64,000 bases of DNA from contig CAXHJY010000738.1 in the NCBI GenBank assembly GCA_964016885.1, forward strand, positions 124,001-188,000, in the 5' to 3' direction. The notes beneath the pieces were generated by a model that did not search any database, had not been told where the DNA came from, and saw only the letters and a program-made list of their open reading frames with translations. The position numbers and the translations under genes are program-made. This stretch comes from Eledone cirrhosa. Taxonomy: Eukaryota. Shown here in pieces: positions 42,301-57,900 of the stretch (within the stretch, counting starts at the first letter, position 1; each line of letters begins with the position of its first letter).

Positions 42301-45300
42301 AATAGGTATATTACAGTACAGTAGGTATATTACAGTACAGTAGATATATTACAGTACAGTAGGTATATTACAGTACAGTAGATATATTACAGTACAGTAG
42401 GTATATTACAGTACAGTCGATATAATACAGTACAGTAGGTATATTACAGTACAGTAGGTATATTACAGTACAGTCGATATAATACAGTACAGTAGATATA
42501 TTACAGTACAGTAGGTATATTACAGTACAGTTGGTATATTACAGTACAGTAGGTATATTACAGTACAGTAGGTATATTACAGTACAGTAGGTATATTACA
42601 GTACAGTAGGTATATTACAGTACACTAGGTATATTACAGTACAGTAGGTATATTACAGTACAGTAGATATATTACAGTACAGTAGGTATAATACCATACA
42701 GTAGGTATATTACAGTACAGTAGGTATATTACAGTACAGTAGGTATAATACAGTACAGTAGATATATTACAGTACAGTAGGTATATTACACTACAGTAGG
42801 TATATTACAGTACAGTAGGTATATTAAAGTACAGTAGGTATAATACAGTACAGTAGGTATATTACAGTACAATAGGTATATTACAGTACAGTAGGTATAT
42901 TACAGTACAGTAGGTATATTACAGTACAGTAGGTATATTACAGTACAGTAGGTATATTACAGTACAGTAGGTATATTACAGTACATTAGATATATTACAG
43001 TACAGTAGGTATATTACAGTACATTAGATATATTACAGTACAGTAGGTATATTACAGTGCAGTAGGTATATTACAGTACAGTAGATAGAGTACAGTACAG
43101 TAGATATATTACAGTACAGTAGGTATATTACAGTACAGTAGGTATAATACAGTACAGTAGGTATATTACAGTACAGTAGGTTTATTACAGTACAGTAGGT
43201 ATATTACAGTACAGTAGGTATATTACAGTACAGTAGGTATATTACAGTACAGTAGATATATTGCAGTACAGTAGGTATATTACAGTAAAGTAGATAGATT
43301 ACAGTACATTAGATATATTACAGTACAGTAGATATATTACAGTACAATAGGTATATTACAGTACAGTAGGTATATTACAGTACAGTAGATATATTACAGT
43401 ACAGTAGGTATATTACAGTACAGTAGATATATTACAGTACAGTAGGTATATTACAGTACAGTCGATATAATACAGTACAGTAGGTATATTACAGTACAGT
43501 AGGTATATTACAGTACAGTCGATATAATACAGTACAGTAGATATATTACAGTACAGTAGGTATATTACAGTACAGTTGGTATATTACAGTACAGTAGGTA
43601 TATTACAGTACAGTAGATATATTACAGTACAATAGGTATATTACAGTACAGTAGGTATATTACAGTACAGTAGGTATATTACAGTACAGTAGGTATAATA
43701 CAGTACAGTAGATATATTACAGTACAGTAGGTATATTACAGTACAGTAGGTATATTACAGTACAGTAGATATATTACAGTACAGTAGGTATAATACAGTA
43801 AAGTAGGTATATTACAGTACAGTAGGTATATTACAGTACAGTAGGTATAATACAGTACAGTAGGTATATTACAGTACAGTAGGTATATTACAGTACAGTA
43901 GGTATGTTACAGTACAGTAGGTATATTACAGTACAGTAGGTATATTACAGTACAGTAGGTATATTACAGTACAGTAGGTGTATTACAGTACAGTAGATAT
44001 ATTACAGTACAGTAGGTATATTACAGTACAGTAGATTTATTACAGTACAGTAGATATAGTACAGTACAGTAGATATATTACAGTACAGTAGGTGTATTAC
44101 AGTACAGTAGGTATATTACAGTACAATAGGTATATTACAGTACAGTAGGTATATTACAGTACAGTAGGTATATTACAGTACATTAGATATATTACAGTAC
44201 AGTAGGTATATTACAGTACAGTAGATAGATTACAGTACAGTAGATATATTACAGTACAGTAGATATATTACAGTACAGTAGGTATATTACAGTACAGTAG
44301 ATATATTACAGTACAGTAGGTATATTACAGTACATTAGATATATTACAGTACAGTAGGTATATTACAGTGCAGTAGGTATATTACAGTACAGTAGGTATA
44401 TTACAGTACAGTAGATATATTACAGTACAGTAGGTATAATACAGTACAGTAGGTATATTACAGTACAGTAGGTATATTACAGTACAGTAGGTATATTACA
44501 GTACACTAGTTATAATACAGTACAGTAGGTATATTACATTACAGTAGTTATAATACAGTACAGTAGGTATATTACAGTACAGTAGGTATATTACAGTACA
44601 GTAGGTATATTACAGTACAGTAGGTATATTACAGTACAGTAGGTATATTACAGTACAGTAGATATAATACAATACAGTAGATATATTACAGTACAGTAGG
44701 TATATTACAGTACAGTAGGTATATTACAGTACAGTAGGTATATTACAGTACAGTAGGTATATTACACTACAGTAGATATATTACAGTACAGTAGGTATAT
44801 TACAGTACAGTAGGTATAATACCATACAGTAGGTATATTACAGTACAGTAGGTATATTACAGTACAGTAGGTATAATACAGTACAGTAGATATATTACAG
44901 TACAGTAGGTATATTACAGTACAGTAGATATATTACAGTACAGTAGATATATTACAGTACAGTAGATATATTACAGTACAGTAGGTATATTACAGTACAG
45001 TAGATAGATTACAGTACAGTAGATAGATTACAGTACAGTAGGTATATTACAGTACAGTAGATAGATTACAGTACAGTAGATATATTACAGTACAGTAGGT
45101 ATATTACAGTACAGTAGGTATATTACAGTACAGTAGGTATATTACAGTACAGTAGATATATTATAGTACAGTAGGTATATTACAGTACAGTATGTATATT
45201 ACAGTACAGTAGGTATATTACAGTACAGTAGGTATATTACAGTACAGTAGGTATAATACAGTACAGTTGGTATATTACAGTACAGTAGGTATATTACAGT

Positions 45301-48300
45301 ACAGTAGGTATATTACAGTACAGTAGGTATAATACAGTACAGTAGGTATAATACAGTACAGTAGGTATATTACAGTACAGTAGATATATTACAGTACAGA
45401 AGATATATTACAGTACATTAGGTATATTACAGTACAGTAGGTATATTACAGTACAGTAGGTATATTACAGTACAGTAGGTATATTACAGTACAGTAGATA
45501 TATTACAGTACAGTAGGTATATTACAGTACACTAGGTATATTACAGTACAGTAGGTATATTACAGTACAGTAGATATATTGCAGTACAGTAGGTATATTA
45601 CTGTACAGTAGGGATAATACAGTACAGTAGATATGTTACAGTACAGTAGGTATATTACAGTACAGTAGGTATATTACAGTACAATAGACATATTACAGTA
45701 CAGTATGTATATTACAGTACAGTAGGTATATTACAGTACAGTAGGTATAATACAGTAAAGTAGATATATTACAGTACAGAAGATATATTACAGTACAGAA
45801 GATATATTACAGTACAGTAGATAGATTACAGTACAGTAGATATATTACAGTACAGTAGGTATATGACAGTACAGTAGATATATTACAGTACAGTAGGTAT
45901 ATTATAGTACAGTAGGTATATTACAGTACAGTAGATATATTACAGTACAGAAGATATATTACAGTACAGTAGATAGATTACAGTACAGTATATATATTAC
46001 AGTACAGTAGGTATATTACAGTACAGTAGATATATTACAGTACAGTAGGTATATTATAGTACAGTAAGTATATTACAGTACAGTAGGTATATTACAGTAC
46101 AGTAGGTATATTACAGTACAGTAGGTATATTAGAGTACAGTAGGTATAATACAGTAAAGTAGATATATTACAGTACAGAAGATATATTACAGTACAGAAG
46201 ATATATTACAGTACAGTAGATAGATTACAGTACAGTAGATATATTACAGTACAGTAGGTATATTACAGTACAGTAGATATATTACAGTACAGTAGGTATA
46301 TTATAGTACAGTAGGTATATTACAGTACAGTAGATATATTACAGTACAGAAGATATATTACAGTACAGTAGATAGATTACAGTACAGTATATATATTACA
46401 GTACAGTAGGTATATTACAGTACAGTAGATATATTACAGTACAGTAGGTATATTATAGTACAGTAGGTATATTACAGTACAGTAGATATATTACAGTACA
46501 GTAGGTATATTACAGTACAGTAGGTATATTACAGTACAGTAGATAGAGTACAGTACTGTAGATATATTACAGTACAGTAGGTATAATACAGTACAGTAGG
46601 TATATTACAGTACAGTAGGTATATTACAGTACAGTAGGTATATTACAGTACACTAGTTATAATACAGTACAGTAGGTATATTACATTACAGTAGTTATAA
46701 TACAGTACAGTAGGTATATTACAGTACAGTAGGTATATTACAGTACAGTAGGTATATTACAGTACAGTAGGTATATTACAGTACAGTAGGTATATTACAG
46801 TACAGTAGATATAATACAATACAGTAGATATATTACAGTACAGTAGGTATATTACAGTACAGTAGGTATATTACAGTACAGTAGGTATATTACAGTACAG
46901 TAGGTATATTACACTACAGTAGATATATTACAGTACAGTAGGTATATTACAGTACAGTAGGTATAATACCATACAGTAGGTATATTACAGTACAGTAGGT
47001 ATATTACAGTACAGTAGGTATAATACAGTACAGTAGATATATTACAGTACAGAAGATATATTACAGTACAGAAGATATATTACAGTACAGTAGATAGATT
47101 ACAGTACAGTAGATATATTACAGTACAGTAGGTATATTACAGTACAGTAGATATATTACAGTACAGTAGGTATATTATAGTACAGTAGGTATATTACAGT
47201 ACAGTAGATATATTACAGTACAGAAGATATATTACAGTACAGTAGATAGATTACAGTACAGTATATATATTACAGTACAGTAGGTATATTACAGTACAGT
47301 AGATATATTACAGTACAGTAGGTATATTATAGTACAGTAGGTATATTACAGTACAGTAGATATATTACAGTACAGTAGGTATATTACAGTACAGTAGGTA
47401 TATTACAGTACAGTAGATAGAGTACAGTACAGTAGATATATTACAGTACAGTAGGTATAATACAGTACAGTAGGTATATTACAGTACAGTAGGTATATTA
47501 CAGTACAGTAGATATAATACAATACAGTAGATATATTACAGTACAGTAGGTATATTACAGTACAGTAGGTATATTACAGTACAGTAGGTATATTACAGTA
47601 CAGTAGGTATATTACACTACAGTAGATATATTACAGTACAGTAGGTATATTACAGTACAGTAGGTATAATACCATACAGTAGGTATATTACAGTACAGTA
47701 GGTATATTACAGTACAGTAGGTATAATACAGTAAAGTAGATATATTACAGTACAGAAGATATATTACAGTACAGAAGATATATTACAGTACAGTAGATAG
47801 ATTACAGTACAGTAGATATATTACAGTACAGTAGGTATATTACAGTACAGTAGATATATTACAGTACAGTAGGTATATTATAGTACAGTAGGTATATTAC
47901 AGTACAGTAGATATATTACAGTACAGAAGATATATTACAGTACAGTAGATAGATTACAGTACAGTATATATATTACAGTACAGTAGGTATATTACAGTAC
48001 AGTAGATATATTACAGTACAGTAGGTATATTATAGTACAGTAGGTATATTACAGTACAGTAGATATATTACAGTACAGTAGGTATATTACAGTACAGTAG
48101 GTATATTACAGTACAGTAGATAGAGTACAGTACAGTAGATATATTACAGTACAGTAGGTATAATACAGTACAGTAGGTATATTACAGTACAGTAGGTATA
48201 TTACAGTACAGTAGGTATATTACAGTACACTAGTTATAATACAGTACAGTAGGTATATTACATTACAGTAGTTATAATACAGTACAGTAGGTATATTACA

Positions 48301-51300
48301 GTACAGTAGGTATATTACAGTACAGTAGGTATATTACAGTACAGTAGGTATATTACAGTACAGTAGGTATATTACAGTACAGTAGATATAATACAATACA
48401 GTAGATATATTACAGTACAGTAGGTATATTACAGTACAGTAGGTATATTACAGTACAGTAGGTATATTACAGTACAGTAGGTATATTACACTACAGTAGA
48501 TATATTACAGTACAGTAGGTATATTACAGTACAGTAGGTATAATACCATACAGTAGGTATATTACAGTACAGTAGGTATATTACAGTACAGTAGGTATAA
48601 TACAGTACAGTAGATATATTACAGTACAGTAGGTATATTACAGTACAGTAGATATATTACAGTACAGTAGATATATTACAGTACAGTAGATATATTACAG
48701 TACAGTAGGTATATTACAGTACAGTAGATAGATTACAGTACAGTAGATAGATTACAGTACAGTAGGTATATTACAGTACAGTAGATAGATTACAGTACAG
48801 TAGATATATTACAGTACAGTAGGTATATTACAGTACAGTAGGTATATTACAGTACAGTAGGTATATTACAGTACAGTAGATATATTACAGTACAGTAGGT
48901 ATATTACAGTACAGTATGTATATTACAGTACAGTAGGTATATTACAGTACAGTAGGTATATTACAGTACAGTAGGTATAATACAGTACAGTAGGTATATT
49001 ACAGTACAGTAGGTATATTACAGTACAGTAGGTATATTACAGTACAGTAGGTATAATACAGTACAGTAGGTATAATACAGTACAGTAGGTATATTACAGT
49101 ACAGTAGATATATTACAGTACAGAAGATATATTACAGTACATTAGGTATATTACAGTACAGTAGGTATATTACAGTACAGTAGGTATATTACAGTACAGT
49201 AGGTATATTACAGTACAGTAGATATATTACAGTACAGTAGGTATATTACAGTACACTAGGTATATTACAGTACAGTAGGTATATTACAGTACAGTAGATA
49301 TATTGCAGTACAGTAGGTATATTACTGTACAGTAGGGATAATACAGTACAGTAGATATGTTACAGTACAGTAGGTATATTACAGTACAGTAGGTATATTA
49401 CAGTACAGTAGACATATTACAGTACAGTATGTATATTACAGTACAGTAGGTATATTACAGTACAGTAGGTATAATACAGTAAAGTAGATATATTACAGTA
49501 CAGAAGATATATTACAGTACAGAAGATATATTACAGTACAGTAGATAGATTACAGTACAGTAGATATATTACAGTACAGTAGGTATATTACAGTACAGTA
49601 GATATATTACAGTACAGTAGGTATATTATAGTACAGTAGGTATATTACAGTACAGTAGATATATTACAGTACAGAAGATATATTACAGTACAGTAGATAG
49701 ATTACAGTACAGTATATATATTACAGTACAGTAGGTATATTACAGTACAGTAGATATATTACAGTACAGTAGGTATATTATAGTACAGTAGGTATATTAC
49801 AGTACAGTAGGTATATTACAGTACTGTAGGTATAATACAGTAAAGTAGGTATATTACAGTACAGTATGTATATTACAGTACAGTAGGTATATTACAGTAC
49901 AGTAGGTATAATACAGTAAAGTAGATATATTACAGTACAGAAGATATATTACAGTACAGAAGATATATTACAGTACAGTAGATAGATTACAGTACAGTAG
50001 ATATATTACAGTACAGTAGGTATATTACAGTACAGTAGATATATTACAGTACAGTAGGTATATTATAGTACAGTAGGTATATTACAGTACAGTAGATATA
50101 TTACAGTACAGAAGATATATTACAGTACAGTAGATAGATTACAGTACAGTATATATATTACAGTACAGTAGGTATATTACAGTACAGTAGATATATTACA
50201 GTACAGTAGGTATATTATAGTACAGTAGGTATATTACAGTACAGTAGATATATTACAGTACAGTAGGTATATTACAGTACAGTAGGTATATTACAGTACA
50301 GTAGATAGAGTACAGTACAGTAGATATATTACAGTACAGTAGGTATATTACAGTACAGTAGGTATATTACAGTACAGTATGTATATTACAGTACAGTAGG
50401 TATATTACAGTACAGTAGGTATATTACAGTACAGTAGGTATATTACAGTACAGTAGGTATATTACAGTACAGTAGATATATTACAGTACAATAGGTATAT
50501 TACAGTACAGTAGGTATATTACAGTACAGTAGGTATATTACAGTACAGTAGGTATATTACAGTACAGTAGATATATTACAGTACAGTAGATATATTACAG
50601 TACAGTAGATAGATTACAGTACAGTAGATATATTACAGTACAGTAGGTATATTACAGTACAGTAGATATATTACAGTACAGTAGGTATATTATAGTACAG
50701 TAGGTATATTACAGTACAGTAGGTATATTACAGTACAGTAGGTATAATACAGTAAAGTAGGTATATTACAGTACAGAAGGTATATTACACTACAGTAGGT
50801 ATAATACAGTACAGTAGGTATATTACAGTACAGTAGGTATATTACAGTACAGTAGGTATGTTACAGTACAGTAGGTATATTACAGTACAGTAGGTATATT
50901 ACAGTACAGTAGGTATATTACAGTACAGTAGGTATATTACAGTACAGTAGATATATTACAGTACAGTAGGTATATTACAGTACAGTAGGTATATTACAGT
51001 ACAGTAGATAGAGTACAGTACAGTAGATATATTACAGTACAGTAGGTATATTGCAGTACAGTAGGTATAATACAGTACAGTAGGTATATTACAGTACAGT
51101 AGGTTTATTACAGTACAGTAGGTATATTACAGTACAGTAGGTATATTACAGTACAGTAGGTATATTACAGTACAGTAGATATATTGCAGTACAGTAGGTA
51201 TATTACAGTAAAGTAGATAGATTACAGTACATTAGATATATTACAGTACAGTAGATATATTACAGTACAATAGGTATATTACAGTACAGTAGGTATATTA

Positions 51301-54300
51301 CAGTACAGTAGATATATTACAGTACAGTAGGTATATTACAGTACAGTAGATATATTACAGTACAGTAGGTATATTACAGTACAGTCGATATAATACAGTA
51401 CAGTAGGTATATTACAGTACAGTAGGTATATTACAGTACAGTCGATATAATACAGTACAGTAGATATATTACAGTACAGGAGGTATATTACAGTACAGTT
51501 GGTATATTACAGTACAGTAGGTATATTACAGTACAGTAGGTATATTACAGTACAGTAGGTATATTACAGTACAGTAGGTATATTACAGTACACTAGGTAT
51601 ATTACAGTACAGTAGGTATATTACAGTACAGTAGATATATTACAGTACAGTAGGTATAATACCATACAGTAGGTATATTACAGTACAGTAGGTATATTAC
51701 AGTACAGTAGGTATAATACAGTACAGTAGATATATTACAGTACAGTAGGTATATTACACTACAGTAGGTATATTACAGTACAGTAGGTATATTAAAGTAC
51801 AGTAGGTATAATACAGTACAGTAGGTATATTACAGTACAGTAGGTATATTACAGTACAGTAGATATAATACAGTACAGTAGATATATTGCAGTACAGTAG
51901 GTATATTACTGTACAGTAGGTATATTACAGTACAGTAGATATATTACAGTACAGTAGTTATATTACAGTACAGTAGGTATATTACAGTACAGTAGGTATA
52001 TTACAGTACAGTAGATATATTACAGTACAGTAGGTATAATACAGTACAGTAGGTATATTACAGTACAGTAGGTATATTACAGTACAGTAGGTATATTACA
52101 CTACAGTAGGTATATTACACTACAGTAGGTATATTACACTACAGTAGGTATATTACAGTACAGTAGGTATATTACACTACAGTAGGTATATTACAGTACA
52201 GTAGGTATATTAAAGTACAGTAGGTATAATACAGTACAGTAGGTATATTACAGTACAGTAGGTATATTACAGTACAGTAGATATAATACAGTACAGTAGA
52301 TATATTACAGTACAGTAGGTATATTACAGTACAGTAGGTATATTACAGTACAGTAGGTATAATACAGTACAGTAGGTATATTACAGTACAGTAGGTATAT
52401 TACAGTACAGTAGGTATATTACAGTACAGTAGGTATATTACAGTACAGTAGGTATATTACAATACAGTAGGTATATTACAGTACAGTAAATAGATTACAG
52501 TACAGTAGATATATTACAGTACAGTAGGTATATTACAGTACAGTAGGTATATTATAGTACAGTAGATATATTACAGTACAGTAGGTATATTACAGTACAG
52601 TAGATATATTACAGTACAGTAGATATATTACAGTACAGTAGGTATATTACAGTACAGTAGGTATATTACAGTACATTAGGTATATTACAGTACAGTAGGT
52701 ATAATACAGTACAGTAGATATATTACAGTACAGTAGGTATATTACAGTACAGTAGGTATATTACAGTACAGTAGATATATTACAGTACAGTAGGTATAAT
52801 ACAGTAAAGTAGGTATATTACAGTACAGTAGGTATATTACAGTACAGTAGGTATAATACAGTACAGTAGGTATATTACAGTACAGTAGGTATATTACAGT
52901 ACAGTAGGTATGTTACAGTACAGTAGGTATATTACAGTACAGTAGGTATATTACAGTACAGTAGGTATATTACAGTACAGTAGGTATATTACAGTACAGT
53001 AGATATATTACAGTACAGTAGGTATATTACAGTACAGTAGATTTATTACAGTACAGTAGATAGAGTACAGTACAGTAGATATATTACAGTACAGTAGGTG
53101 TATTACAGTACAGTAGGTATATTACAGTACAATAGGTATATTACAGTACAGTAGGTATATTACAGTACAGTAGGTATATTACAGTACAGTAGATATATTA
53201 CAGTACAGTAGGTATATTACAGTACAGTAGATAGATTACAGTACAGTAGATATATTACAGTACAGTAGATATATTACAGTACAGTAGGTATATTACAGTA
53301 CAGTAGATATATTACAGTACAGTAGGTATATTACAGTACATTAGATATATTACAGTACAGTAGGTATATTACAGTGCAGTAGGTATATTACAGTACAGTA
53401 GGTATATTACAGTACAGTAGATATATTACAGTACAGTAGGTATAATACAGTACAGTAGGTATATTACAGTACAGTAGGTATATTACAGTACAGTAGGTAT
53501 ATTACAGTACAGTAGGTATATTACAGTACAGTAGATATATTACAGTACAGTAGGTATATTACAGTACAGTAGATTTATTACAGTACAGTAGATAGAGTAC
53601 AGTACAGTAGATATATTACAGTACAGTAGGTGTATTACAGTACAGTAGGTATATTACAGTACAATAGTTATATTACAGTACAGTAGGTATATTACAGTAC
53701 AGTAGGTATATTACAGTACAGTAGATATATTACAGTACAGTAGGTATATTACAGTACAGTAGATAGATTACAGTACAGTAGATATATTACAGTACAGTAG
53801 ATATATTACAGTACAGTAGGTATATTACAGTACAGTAGATATATTACAGTACAGTAGGTATATTACAGTACATTAGATATATTACAGTACAGTAGGTATA
53901 TTACAGTGCAGTAGGTATATTACAGTACAGTAGGTATATTACAGTACAGTAGATATATTACAGTACAGTAGGTATAATACAACACAGTAGGTATATTACA
54001 GTACAGTAGGTATATTACAGTACAGTAGGTATATTACAGTACACTAGTTATAATACAGTACAGTAGGTATATTACATTACAGTAGTTATAATACAGTACA
54101 GTAGGTATATTACAGTACAGTAGGTATATTACAGTACAGTAGGTATATTACAGTACAGTAGGTATATTACAGTACAGTAGGTATATTACAGTACAGTAGA
54201 TATAATACAATACAGTAGATATATTACAGTACAGTAGGTATATTACAGTACAGTAGGTATATTACAGTACAGTAGGTATATTACAGTACAGTAGGTATAT

Positions 54301-54959
54301 TACACTACAGTAGATATATTACAGTACAGTAGGTATATTACAGTACAGTAGGTATAATACCATACAGTAGGTATATTACAGTACAGTAGGTATATTACAG
54401 TACAGTAGGTATAATACAGTACAGTAGATATATTACAGTACAGTAGGTATATTACAGTACAGTAGATATATTACAGTACAGTAGATATATTACAGTACAG
54501 TAGATATATTACAGTACAGTAGGTATATTACAGTACAGTAGATAGATTACAGTACAGTAGATAGATTACAGTACAGTAGGTATATTACAGTACAGTAGAT
54601 AGATTACAGTACAGTAGATATATTACAGTACAGTAGGTATATTACAGTACAGTAGGTATATTACAGTACAGTAGGTATATTACAGTACAGTAGATATATT
54701 ACAGTACAGTAGGTATATTACAGTACAGTATGTATATTACAGTACAGTAGGTATATTACAGTACAGTAGGTATATTACAGTACAGTAGGTATAATACAGT
54801 ACAGTAGGTATATTACAGTACAGTAGGTATATTACAGTACAGTAGGTATATTACAGTACAGTAGGTATAATACAGTACAGTAGGTATAATGCAGTACAGT
54901 AGGTATATTACAGTACAGTAGATATATTACAGTACAGAAGATATATTACAGTACATTAG

Positions 54960-57900
54960 GTATATTACAGTACAGTAGGTATATTACAGTACAGTAGGTA
55001 TATTACAGTACAGTAGGTATATTACAGTACAGTAGATATATTACAGTACAGTAGGTATATTACAGTACACTAGGTATATTACAGTACAGTAGGTATATTA
55101 CAGTACAGTAGATATATTGCAGTACAGTAGGTATATTATTGTACAGTAGGGATAATACAGTACAGTAGATATGTTACAGTACAGTAGGTATATTACAGTA
55201 CAGTAGGTATATTACAGTACAGTAGACATATTACAGTACAGTATGTATATTACAGTACAGTAGGTATATTACAGTACAGTAGGTATAATACAGTAAAGTA
55301 GATATATTACAGTACAGAAGATATATTACAGTACAGAAGATATATTACAGTACAGTAGATAGATTACAGTACAGTAGATATATTACAGTACAGTAGGTAT
55401 ATTACAGTACAGTAGATATATTACAGTACAGTAGGTATATTATAGTACAGTAGGTATATTACAGTACAGTAGATATATTACAGTACAGAAGATATATTAC
55501 AGTACAGTAGATAGATTACAGTACAGTATATATATTACAGTACAGTAGGTATATTACAGTACAGTAGATATATTACAGTACAGTAGGTATATTATAGTAC
55601 AGTAGGTATATTACAGTACAGTAGGTATATTACAGTACAGTAGGTATAATACAGTAAAGTAGGTATATTACAGTACAGTATGTATATTACAGTACAGTAG
55701 GTATATTACAGTACAGTAGGTATAATACAGTAAAGTAGATATATTACAGTACAGAAGATATATTACAGTACAGAAGATATATTACAGTACAGTAGATAGA
55801 TTACAGTACAGTAGATATATTACAGTACAGTAGGTATATTACAGTACAGTAGATATATTACAGTACAGTAGGTATATTATAGTACAGTAGGTATATTACA
55901 GTACAGTAGATATATTACAGTACAGAAGATATATTACAGTACAGTAGATAGATTACAGTACAGTATATATATTACAGTACAGTAGGTATATTACAGTACA
56001 GTAGATATATTACAGTACAGTAGGTATATTATAGTACAGTAGGTATATTACAGTACAGTAGATATATTACAGTACAGTAGGTATATTACAGTACAGTAGA
56101 TAGAGTACAGTACAGTAGATATATTACAGTACAGTAGGTATATTACAGTACAGTAGGTATATTACAGTACAGTATGTATATTACAGTACAGTAGGTATAT
56201 TACAGTACAGTAGGTATATTACAGTACAGTAGGTATATTACAGTACAGTAGGTATATTACAGTACAGTAGATATATTACAGTACAATAGGTATATTACAG
56301 TACAGTAGGTATATTACAGTACAGTAGGTATATTACAGTACAGTAGGTATATTACAGTACAATAGATATATTACAGTACAGTAGATATATTACAGTACAG
56401 TAGATAGATTACAGTACAGTAGATATATTACAGTACAGTAGGTATATTACAGTACAGTAGATATATTACAGTACAGTAGGTATATTATAGTACAGTAGGT
56501 ATATTACAGTACAGTAGGTATATTACAGTACAGTAGGTATAATACAGTAAAGTAGGTATATTACAGTACAGAAGGTATATTACACTACAGTAGGTATAAT
56601 ACAATACAGTAGGTATATTACAGTACAGTAGGTATATTACAGTACAGTAGGTATGTTACAGTACAGTAGGTATATTACAGTACAGTAGGTATATTACAGT
56701 ACAGTAGGTATATTACAGTACAGTAGGTATATTACAGTACAGTAGATATATTACAGTACAGTAGGTATATTACAGTACAGTAGGTATATTACAGTACAGT
56801 AGATAGAGTACAGTACAGTAGATATATTACAGTACAGTAGGTATATTACAGTACAGTAGGTATAATACAGTACAGTAGGTATATTACAGTACAGTAGGTT
56901 TATTACAGTACAGTAGGTATATTACAGTACAGTAGGTATATTACAGTACAGTAGGTATATTACAGTACAGTAGATATATTGCAGTACAGTAGGTATATTA
57001 CAGTAAAGTAGATAGATTACAGTACATTAGATATATTACAGTACAGTAGATATATTACAGTACAATAGGTATATTACAGTACAGTAGGTATATTACAGTA
57101 CAGTAGATATATTACAGTACAGTAGGTATATTACAGTACAGTAGATATATTACAGTACAGTAGGTATATTACAGTACAGTCGATATAATACAGTACAGTA
57201 GGTATATTACAGTACAGTAGGTATATTACAGTACAGTCGATATAATACAGTACAGTAGATATATTACAGTACAGTAGGTATATTACAGTACAGTTGGTAT
57301 ATTACAGTACAGTAGGTATATTACAGTACAGTAGGTATATTACAGTACAGTAGGTATATTACAGTACAGTAGGTATATTACAGTACACTAGGTATATTAC
57401 AGTACAGTAGGTATATTACAGTACAGTAGATATATTACAGTACAGTAGGTATAATACCATACAGTAGGTATATTACAGTACAGTAGGTATATTACAGTAC
57501 AGTAGGTATAATACAGTACAGTAGATATATTACAGTACAGTAGGTATATTACACTACAGTAGGTATATTACAGTACAGTAGGTATATTAAAGTACAGTAG
57601 GTATAATACAGTACAGTAGGTATATTACAGTACAGTAGGTATATTACAGTACAGTAGATATAATACAGTACAGTAGATATATTGCAGTACAGTAGGTATA
57701 TTACTGTACAGTAGGTATATTACAGTACAGTAGATATATTAAAGTACAGTAGTTATATTACAGTACAGTAGGTATATTACAGTACAGTAGGTATATTACA
57801 GTACAGTAGATATATTACAGTACAGTAGGTATAATACAGTACAGTAGGTATATTACAGTACAGTAGGTATATTACAGTACAGTAGGTATATTACAGTACA